Assembly (NCBI RefSeq): GCF_001194135.2
Contig: NC_068989.1
Span: 63,471,673-63,535,672 of the forward strand
Direction of reading: 5' to 3'
Source: Octopus bimaculoides
Taxonomy: Eukaryota
DNA length: 64,000 nt
This document shows, in pieces, positions 54,161 to 64,000 of this stretch (the first letter of the stretch is position 1; every line of letters starts with the position of its first letter). The translations under genes and the position numbers were made by a program. The notes below the pieces were generated by a model that ran no database searches, was not told the DNA's origin, and saw only the letters and a list, made by a program, of their open reading frames with translations.

Positions 54161-56779
54161 GCTTATTTCCTTCAATATTCCCTTTTTTTTTTCAAGCTGT
54201 AATTGCAATGGCAATACTCATTTCAGCTAATTTTTAAGTGATGCATTAAATAGAGAATCTAGAAAATAGAGAATAGAAGTAAGAACGGAGGCGATCCCAG
54301 TGAAGAATAGTTTTAGAGATTGAGCGGTGTATTTGACCAAAGCTGTTATTTCAAATGAAGAATTTAACGATAAAACAACAATTCTATTAAAATATACTAG
54401 AATTAATATAAATTTTATCGTTAATTTTCATTTTCGATTCTGCTACGTCTGTCACTATTTTCGTTTCTTATATAGAGAGTACATTAACAATGCACACGAT
54501 TTATGTAACCCCGCTGTAATTCTAAATTAAAACCCCTTTGTTGCTTTTGCTCAGGCCCAGAACAGACATGATTGGGCAGACATTCCATTTAAGGCTCACC
54601 AATGATTATTACTCGAGTCATTTTTAAAGGATGTGTTTCTAGTTTTACATTATTAAATTTGTTCGTAAACAGATATCCGGCACTAAGCTTAAATCCTAAC
54701 ATGCATGAATCCGCAGTTCAAATAATGTTATTGGTAAGAGGCCAAAAAATATTATGAGGCTCTCTAATATGCGGAAAAACACATTTTAGCGTCATTACAG
54801 AAAGAACTTCCTGTGACAAAATTCTCGTGCGACACGTTTATGTTTTGTGTTTGCAGTTTAGCTAAATGTTTCCGGATTATGCTTCCTTCAGCTCTTGAGC
54901 TTAATGGTAGTTAATACCGCAAGCTGTGTTAGAATTCGTTAATATCATTTATTAATTATTCCTTTATTAATATTTATTTATCAATGTCTTAATTAAGAAA
55001 TCGATGCCCAAAAATCGATATCTTGTAAATATATGTGAAAATACTTGCGTGGAACCAACTTAACTGCATTCAAACTATACTAGCGAGTAAAAGAGCATGA
55101 CAACAGTTAGAAACCAACAACTGGAGAAAACATTATTTCGTATCTACAAATTTCATCCGTTTTACACTGGACGAACCACGTTTCTTCAAAATGTCTAGTT
55201 TCTAAAAGGATTGAATAATTTTTTATAGAAAATAAAAGAAAAAGTACATGGTTTCAAGGTGCTTAGCTACTACTTCATTCACCCTAATCTTTCTAATGCA
55301 GGAACCTCTAACCGTTTTCTGAAAACATTATTTATCACCGAATATGGTATTATTTTTGCAGGTTGTTTAAGGCTGAAACCTGCTTCGTTATAGTACAATT
55401 TATTGACAAGCGAAGAACATCTAGATCAGAATTAGGCTCGGTATGCCCATACCTTAAAACGACATTGACTGAGACAACATAACAGTGTGTTGTACGATTT
55501 TTTTCCTTGGGTAACTACTGTTGTTACCTATTTGTTTACCCCCAGAAACTATTTTTAAAATGTCTAATATTTCCTTCAAACTTTGATTTTGTTACATTTA
55601 TTTAAACCCCCAAATCCTTCTGAAAACAAGGCTATGATGCTTTCCCAGTACTCCTGCTCATGAACAAAAATGCACGAATTGTCAACCACTAAGAGACATG
55701 CTCAAGTGGTTAAGGTCAAGCCACTGACAAACAGATCTGTGGTATTGAGCAGAATATTTGTTAAAACGATATTTCTAGTTCAGCAACTTAGCGATGATTC
55801 TATCTGAAATGCAATGGAAAATAGTCAGTTCGAAAACATTGATGTCCAGGTCACAAAATCAATGTTTGAAGGGAATAATAGTCATTCCCTTTGATTTCTA
55901 GATAGAAGCAACTAGGAAATAACACTGATCAAAGGCAAAAAAAGTAAAATTTTGTTATACAGTATTATTTGTGCACCGATAATTTTCAATACATTACTTT
56001 TCAATACTAAAACATTTCCAAAACATATTAGAAATGGTTACTCTGTTTCCAAACATAATAATATACTGAACACTAACTTTACGTATTGCTTAAGCATATG
56101 GAAGTATTATTATTCTAAAAGGGAAAACTAATCTATATTATTTTTAAATAATTAAATTATTAATACACAGTTTGTATATTTGATATCAAGTTGCTTCGCA
56201 CAACGACAAGTAAGATGCATCTTGGTTATGTGACAACGTGATAGCTCTTTGAATTCCAGTCACTGCTAATATATTTCACTCCTAAATCTATGACTTTGTC
56301 AAATATATAAGTCTCTAAGACCATTGATAACAGATGTATGGATATCGGGGAATCAGATTCACTTTACATTTGTTACTATAAATTAGTCAAATATCTCTAC
56401 AGTAGAAAGACTATAAAAAAAGAAATTATCCAGTAATTTTGACATGAAACCACCCTCACCGGATTTGAACTCAGGAGACAAATAAACTTGATTTAATCTC
56501 ACACCAGCTGTTTAGGTCTAATGCAGTTACATAACTACAGTGTTGTACGACTCGATAATCTAATGTTTTCCACCGGATTCTCTTTCTCCCACTCTCTCTG
56601 TTTCTCTCCTGCCCTGTCTCTACTGTGCATGTAATTCTGTAATTCACTAGATTTTCTAAAGAAAGGTCGACATGATACATCCAAGGTATAATGAGCATCG
56701 TACAGTAATACGTTTCTTATAAACTGTGGTGCATTACATTTCAGTGACAATAAGAATGAAATTAATATCGCATTTAGTG

Positions 56780-57130
56780 AAGAAGCTATTGTGAACTCCG
56801 ACACAAGCTGGAATGGACCTAAAGGAAATACGAGGACAGGAAATGATAAAGGCTTAAATACTCCATCCGGACAAAACTTTCATTTGAAGCAGACATCCTG
56901 GAAACAGCAGCTGAACAATTAATTTAAATAATGCATAGGATAATAGAAACTTTAATAATTCGTAATGGGAATTAGCAGTATGATGTAATCAGTAGTTCCA
57001 ATGCAATTATCTTGGCCTTACTTGAGAATTCATTACATACGCATTTATGAAAGAGTACTTCTTGCTAGTGAATGAATCTCACCATATTAGCTTCATAGTC
57101 TCTGCCGATCCACTACAACACTGAAGTTCA
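56780..57130 (+). mobile_element. possible heavily decayed RTE-like RT fragment
   Basis: Weak resemblance to the IKA..L..GK..D and ESQ..RSTT regions; low certainty. Confidence 0.3.
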
Positions 57131-57804
57131 GAGACAACTTTGTATCGTTGTCGATGTTGTTGTTGTCGTTGTCGTCGTCGTTGCTACTATGACAACAACC
57201 AATTTCATTGCTGTTGTTATTGTTGTTAGCATTGATATGACTTCGTACTCGTGGTTATAGCAAATTCAACCATTTTTGTATGGAAATCTTAACTCGGAAC
57301 CTGGTGAATGTAATAATAATAGTAACAAATCACTCTTTTCATCATTATTATCAGCAGCAGTAGCTGTTGGAACAACAACAACAGCAGCAACAACAGCAGC
57401 AACAACAGCATTAATCCTCTCCTACACCAATGTTGTTGTCATTATGAAGGGCGTCTTATATAGAATGGGTAGAGTTATTGAACACGTTATCAAAGAAACA
57501 TATATGTAGGTAGGTATGAGCGTGTGGGCGTTGTAGTTCATACCATTTCCCATATTAACAAATGGTCGTGCAAGACACACTATAAGTATTCTGTAGATTG
57601 GAAAATAAGAGTTATTATGGGAAGCTGTCTTTACCAGTCTTATATCATTTTTATCTTGTGTTCAATTCTTGCCAAAAATGGGTTTTGCTTTCTATTCATA
57701 CATAGAACATGAAATAAAGGACAAGTAAATTGAATTTTAATCTACACAAAAATATATTTTCTTTTCTTTTTTTCCATACATGTGTGCAATTGCTCCTATG
57801 TACT

Positions 57805-57917
57805 TAATTTATCGACCCGGAAACCGATTTCAGCGGAATTTGAACTCAGAATGTAGTGATGGATGACATGTCGGTAAGCATTTCGCCCGACGTTCTAACG
57901 ATTCTGCCAGCTCACTG
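57805..57917 (-). mobile_element. SINE family A, internally deleted
   Basis: GCGGAATTTGAACTCAGAA..CTAACGATTCTGCCAGCTCAC. Confidence 0.8.
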
Positions 57918-57930
57918 CTTTAATAATATC

Positions 57931-58009
<79 letters not shown>

Positions 58010-58021
58010 CAATAATAATAA
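57931..58021 (+). repeat. (AAT)n, tail of the adjacent minus-strand SINE
   Basis: Direct reading; abuts the SINE 3' end TTCTTTCTACTATAGG. Confidence 0.95.
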
Positions 58022-58218
58022 TTCTTTCTACTATAGGCGCAAGGCCTGAAATTTTGAGGACATCGACCCCCAGTACTCAACTGGTACTTAATTCATCGAC
58101 CCAGAAAGGATGAAAGGCAAAGTCGACCTCTTCGGAATTTGAACTCAAAATGTAGTAACGAACAAAATACTACTAAGCATTTCACCCGGCATGCTAACGA
58201 TTCTGCTAGCTCACCGCT
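58022..58218 (-). mobile_element. SINE family A
   Basis: Reverse complement of the family A head, core and tail. Confidence 0.88.
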
Positions 58219-58246
58219 TAATGATAGCAACAACAACAACAACAAC

Positions 58247-58318
<72 letters not shown>

Positions 58319-58319
<1 letters not shown>

Positions 58320-58830
58320 TGTGAAGATGGACAAGAAACAATAAATCATATTATCTCTGGCTTCCCAGTTCTATCTAAGAAGGAATATATTACAGACACG
58401 ACAGAGCTGGGACCTACATACACTGGAAGCTATGCCAACACTATGGAATAACAACAGAAAAAAGATGGTATAAACACACCCCAGAGAAGGTCACAAAACG
58501 AGAAAGCAACCATACTCTGGGATATGCCAAAACACACAAATAGAGAAATTAAGGCCAATATGCCAGATATAGTTATCAGAGATCATGAAGGAAAAAAAAA
58601 TGCTTTTTAATTGATGTATCAATACCAGCAGATGACGTTTCTCTAAAAGAAATGGAAAAACTTTCAAAATACAAAGACCTGGAAATAAAGGTAACTCGAA
58701 TGTGGAATCTAAAAATAGAAACAATTCCTATCAATGTAGGCACCTTAGGTATGATAAAAAAATATTCGGACAAATACATAACATAGACACCAGGACTTAC
58801 AAGTATATATAACATACAGAAAATTGCACT
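58319..58830 (+). mobile_element. RLE-clade (R4/Dong-like) LINE fragment: zinc knuckle plus restriction-like endonuclease
   Basis: ETINHIISG..VLSKKEY..RHDRAGTYIHW, PDIVIRD, LIDVSIP, EKLSKYKDLE, VGTLG, QKIAL; flanked by (AAT)n on both sides. Confidence 0.9.
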
Positions 58831-58857
58831 AATAATAATAATAATAATAATAATAAT

Positions 58858-59132
58858 TTCAAGTGAGAAATACGATGGTTGCGGTCAATGAGGTGAGTAC
58901 CAATAGAAATTGGTGCACAAGGAAGTATCAGCATTCAACTACCAGAATGTTTCCAAGAGATTAGTACAAATTCAAACATAGAAAATCCACAAAAATCAGC
59001 ACAGCTTGGAACTGCGAGAATTCTTTGCTGGTTTCTTGAAGCATGACCAGTAAACACGTGTAAACTGAGTCCCCCGATGCCTTAGACATCTGGTACTTTC
59101 CATCATATCACTGAAAATGAAGTGAGAAATCT
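58858..59132 (+). mobile_element. 3' end of a second, different RLE-clade LINE
   Basis: VPIEIGAQGSIS..PQKSAQLGTARIL then stop and 3' UTR. Confidence 0.7.
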
Positions 59133-60013
59133 GAGGCAATGGGGAACTGTAGACCGCCATAGAGCACCTTCAGTAGCTTGCCTATTGTATTGTGGCACTA
59201 TTGATATGCTTCTCAAAGGAGTCAGATTAGCATGGCCTTTCGTTGTCAAACCTAATAATCACGACTGAGGAAAATAATGACTCCAAATTTAGTTGACGTG
59301 TCAATAGGAAAATATCGGTCTTATAGAATGAAACTATGTCTTGAACACAACTTGCCAACTCCTTTGACTCTAGATTACGGCTAACTTTCATTGGTTGTAT
59401 GTTAGTTGCCAAGAGGATATTTTTTCTCTACGAATAGTCAGATTAATATGTTAATATATCGAAATCAACCTGTCATAAAATCATTTAAAGTAAATGTACA
59501 GACAGTTTATCAAATGTAATGCTGACAAAATTTCATATACTCACATGCATATTTTGACTTTTCTTTTTATTCTGCATGTGTGAGCGACAATAAAATCTTC
59601 TATTTATTCTTGACAGTTTTTCAATTAAATGTATCTGATTTTTAAGCCACCAATTTATTCTTAATCTTTTATCACTGACCGACCGGATAGTATCATTTAT
59701 AGCAAGTACATCAGCAAAACCTTGCTGAAAGCTTGGTTTCTCTTCAGTGTGGCGAACACGTTGAAATAATCAGGCATTGATGGAGTTATTTTTCATTTGA
59801 CATTGGCAGAACTAATGTTACCTGCATACCAAATAGTTATTTTGAATGAATAGCATTCCAAATTAAAATTTCAATATTCTGTAAAGCACATTTAAATCGA
59901 AACTCAATTAATGTTAGCTGCACAGAAATGCATTTGGTATGTAATTACTTAGTATTGGAGAGAAATTCTTTAGACTGTCTCAAATTTACGAAGCTCGTTT
60001 AAATAATGACCGT

Positions 60014-60114
60014 ATTTCAATTCTTAATTGAAGCTAATTTCAATTCTTAATTGAAGCTAATTTCAATTCTTAATTGAAGCTAATTTCAATTCTTAATTGA
60101 AGCTAATTTCAATT
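60014..60114 (+). repeat. 23-bp minisatellite, ~4.4 perfect copies
   Basis: Unit ATTTCAATTCTTAATTGAAGCTA. Confidence 0.97.
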
Positions 60115-62105
60115 TATTTAAACCAAAATTCATTGGAACAAAACTCATGAACGTCACAACTTCAGTTCACACCGTTCTAATTTCCGTAGACTTTTCATTC
60201 TTCAAATTGATGATTGATGATTGATTATCATCGATTGATGATAATAAATTATATATAGAACCTTTTATATATCTCCAAGAATTTGGTAACAACGTTAGAG
60301 TGCGTTATGTTATTATCCTTGACTGATTCCCGCGTTCAAATCTTGCCCACGACAAAGTGATTTTGCAGCAGTGAAGTTGAGAAAGTAAAACATTAGTCAC
60401 ACTTAGGAGGATTGAGAAGCTAATTGCATCTGTTCTCCAATATCAAGATCCAAAATAACACAATTAAAGAGTGGTACGATTCGCGCTAATACCACGTCAT
60501 ACACGATTCCCAGTGACAGGCCAATTAGTATTATAATTTACCATTAGATACATGGCTGCCTACACGTTCATGTAATACGCACACTCACACACCCACGCAG
60601 ACACGCACGCACACACACATACACACGCACAGACACAAGCAACTAAGTATGTATTTATATATATGTTTGTATGATCCATTGTGCCCTGTCTTTAAGTTAG
60701 ACGTTGGGATGTGATTGATACGAAAGTTGCTTGCTGAGGAATTCTGAGTTAAAGATGGAGGGCGTGATATGTAGTAGGAGGAAGAGTTGCGCACGTTTCG
60801 ACTATGCCTATAGCTATGCTAACTACTTGCAGAAAGGGAGCATAGCAACCTTAATACATAGAATAAATTCGCTTTGAGCGTAGTGTTTCTTCTGGGTTCT
60901 TACAAAGATCTTATACCGAAAATTACGATAAAACACTGTATTTAACTTTTTATTAAACAGTAATTATTAATTGTCCTCTTGTTGCTTTAAAAGCGCCACA
61001 GCGTCTTTTCCGTATTTTCCCTAATTACATCTCAGCACAAATATAAATTACATGTTTAGTAACCCAAGCAACACCTGCTGTATATCCTCTCGTTTCCAAT
61101 AGCGTCAAGGACGCCCACATCTTTGTTGATCCTTTCACAGTCGGATACACAAGCGTGTAATATACGTGGGAAAATTACAATAAAACCTTTGTGCAAATTT
61201 ATATTTTACACTAATTACTGAACAATATTTATGTTTGTCGTTTTAAAGCTACTGCAGATTTTGAATCTTGAAATAAATGTGGAAGGATAACAATAAAAAA
61301 TTCCGTGTGTAAATATTTAACACCAGGATAAACACTTGTTTTAATTTATCGAATAGAAATAAATTTACCTTTGTTGTTTTATCTCAATTTGTTTTGTTGA
61401 ATTCGTTTGTCCTCCGGATTTCGCTCGGCCATATCAGAAAATTACTTTCATTTACTGCAAATGATAATGGTGGAGTGTTGGTCGAAAATGAGCTTCATTT
61501 GTTTTTAAATTACAATAGCTTTAAAATATTGTCTTCATTAGTTTAAAATTAAAAATGTCTAAAGCATAATTATTGCTGTTATCATTCAATCATTGCATAA
61601 ATTTCTATCATTTTATGTCACGCTGATGCATATATTTTATCGCTCGATCTGCTAGCGATCGAAAATAAATCTTATACTCACACTGTTCTGATTTAAACAA
61701 CAAATGACAACAAAAAAATCTAAGCTAAACAATTTACAAACAGCGCCACCTAACCTCAGCAACAACAACAATTGTAACAACGTTATAATAATTGAATAGA
61801 AACTCAAATATAAACAACAATGACAACAAAATTGTTCTTCATTTTTACTCTCAAAATGACACCTCTGACAAACAAATATGTTTAACTACATGAAAATAAT
61901 TCATTAACGTAAGTATGGGCTTTCATAAGTTGGGATTTTAACAGAAACTGTCCGTAACGTGTGTCGTATAAAGATGGAAACAAGCATCTGAGGTCACAGT
62001 GGAAGGCAGAGAGTTTTAGGATTTGTTTCCAAATGACTGAGAGTCGGCTTTAAAAATTATTATAAAAGCTATATATTTTTTAACACTAACTTTTATCTTT
62101 TATAT

Positions 62106-62479
62106 TTTCTTTGTTTCAGTATTTAGAGAACGGCCATTCTAGGGTTCGTCCTTTAGCAATTTTAGTTGAATTTGTCGATCCCAGTAGTCGTTAGTCTTGT
62201 TTTTATAAAGCCTCCTTTTTCTATTGGTGTCTGTCTCTCTTCTGCCGAACCGCTAAGCAACGGAGACATAAGCAAACCAGCATCGGTCGTCAAGATGTGG
62301 TAAGATACAAACACATGCGTGAAGACACGCACACATAGAAATATACTTATACGACGGGTTTCTTTCGGTTCCCGTCTACCAAATCCATTTCCCGAGGCTT
62401 AACGTGCCTCACAATGGAACTGAACCTGGAGCCATATGGCTGGGAAGTAAACTTCTTACGATACAGCCACGCTCGCACC
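62106..62479 (-). mobile_element. SINE family B, diverged
   Basis: CTGCCGAACCGCTAAG, CCGTCTACCAAATCCA and CAGCCACGCTCGCACC blocks. Confidence 0.8.
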
Positions 62480-63329
62480 TATATGTCAAAGGTTTCATAG
62501 AAACGTTTCTATGCATGACAGACTGATCACAGATACTTCGTAGGATGGACACAATGAAGAGTGATGGGAATAAGACTGATGACAAAGTTGATGTTGCATG
62601 ATTGAAGGGAGCACATGACCAATCTATTGGAAGTAATAGAGAACGGAATATTACTGTAAAAATGGTAGCGAGGAAAGAGCGGTCTACTGAGTTATAGGGT
62701 GAAACATGAAAAAAAGAAAGTGAACAGACAGTAGACCTGTCGGTCACATGATGGAGTATAAAGGGAAGGATAGGAAGAAACAGTAAGTCTATGAGTCAGA
62801 GGATGGAACGTAAAAATAGAACCAGAAAAAGAGCAAACCTGTGGGTCAGGAAATGGAGCATAACGACAGAGACGGAATAGGCAGTAGGGCAGTGGGTTAC
62901 AAGGTGTTGCATAAATCCTTAGAGAACATGCAGCAGATCTGTGCGTCAAACGGTGGAGTATGAAGGCAGAGCGTGAAGAGATAGAATGCTTATGAGTTAG
63001 AGTGTGGAATATAAAGGTAGTTAGAGAAGAGTCTACAGGCTTTTAGGTTAAAGGCTAGGACATACCTACAAATGATGATCTGTTTATCAACTGAGTGATC
63101 TTTCTTGTAGACGGTTTCTGCTATTTGTTTGTTCAGCAGTAGTAGTGTCACAGATGTGTGGGTAATAATTTACTGTGGGATTCATTCTCCAACCTTGCAA
63201 AGTAAATGAAGTATACATTGACCTGTGTAAGCCTTGATATAGAAAAAAGACGGGTGAATCTAGATGAAATGCTTTCATCAAAGAGTTACTCAACAAGGTT
63301 GAAGTGTATGTAAATACTAACAATAACAT

Positions 63330-63800
63330 TAAATCAATATACCATAGCTCTAACAGATAACCTAACTGAATGTATAGCTTTGTCAAGTTCAACAAGTAAA
63401 CACATTGAAGATAACTCAATGCATAACATTTTCAGAGAACAAAGGTTAGGCTTCATCTAGCAAAACATTGTCGTTGCAAACATACAGGAAACAAACATAA
63501 AATCTCGAAACAGATCATTTCCATGTCATGTTCCAAATTATCATGTTTCGATAGGCGTCAGGAAGCTGGAAACTTCAAGTGGAATATAAAATTATGCGCT
63601 TATACAGGCATATCTCAAATGAGAAAGTATTACACAAAGGGTCACAGTAATAAGTCTAGAACACAGTAAAATTATTCGAAGCAGGCTAATAAGAATTCGG
63701 AACACACAAGACATTACATCATAAGGTAAATGCAGTTAAAATGAAGGTCGGTAAAGCAGAACAGTATAAAAATAAACTCTCTGCCTCCTAACAACACGCA
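63330..63800 (+). mobile_element. possible decayed RTE LINE 3' fragment
   Basis: Weak: HFH..I..W..ISNEKVLHK, KVGK..QYKNKL. Confidence 0.35.
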
Positions 63801-63844
63801 ACGCAAGTAAATTAATTACCATAGTTCCTTCGAAGATTTGATTT

Positions 63845-64000
63845 ACAGAGACTGTGTGGTTCAGGGTTCTCATCCCACTGCGAAGCACCATGGAAAAGTG
63901 TCTTCTACTATAGCCTCGAGCGGACGAAAACCTTGTGAGTGGATAAGTCAGACGGAAACTGAAAGAATCCCGCCGTATGTATATATATATATATATATAT
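63845..64000 (+). mobile_element. SINE family B 5' half, cut by the window end
   Basis: CCCACTGCG..AAGTGTCTTCTACTATAGCCTCG..GACGGAAACTGAAAGAA. Confidence 0.85.

Noticed and set aside
59735-59775. HTEEKP resembling a C2H2 zinc-finger linker
   Set aside because: No flanking Cys/His pattern; probably chance.
61735-61756. CAGCGCCACCT, a partial CTCF-like motif
   Set aside because: Only half of the consensus matches; expected by chance in 64 kb.
62106-62160. Apparent strong splice acceptor TTTTCTTTGTTTCAG
   Set aside because: It is the reverse-complemented tail of SINE family B.

Overview
AT-rich eukaryotic DNA, most likely from an Octopus draft genome (inferred from tRNA-derived SINE families recalled from octopus). 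It is dense in microsatellites and has 16 N-gaps. I found no convincing host protein-coding exon, tRNA or rRNA gene. Nearly all ORFs in the supplied track are microsatellite or gap artefacts, or fragments of decayed transposons. The window contains at least four SINE families in about 20 copies; decayed Tc1/mariner, hAT-like and Chapaev-like transposases; RTE and restriction-like-endonuclease (R4/Dong-like) LINE fragments; and Penelope-like pieces. It also holds several foldback or palindromic structures. The most interesting signal is a two-copy repeat (8.5 kb and 14.1 kb) carrying all hammerhead ribozyme core motifs in a non-circularly permuted order. Others are a DD36E Tc1, a mariner built from two 5' ends, a ~1 kb foldback element and RLE retrotransposons stacked at (AAT)n. 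All family assignments come from manual translation and recall, not database searches.
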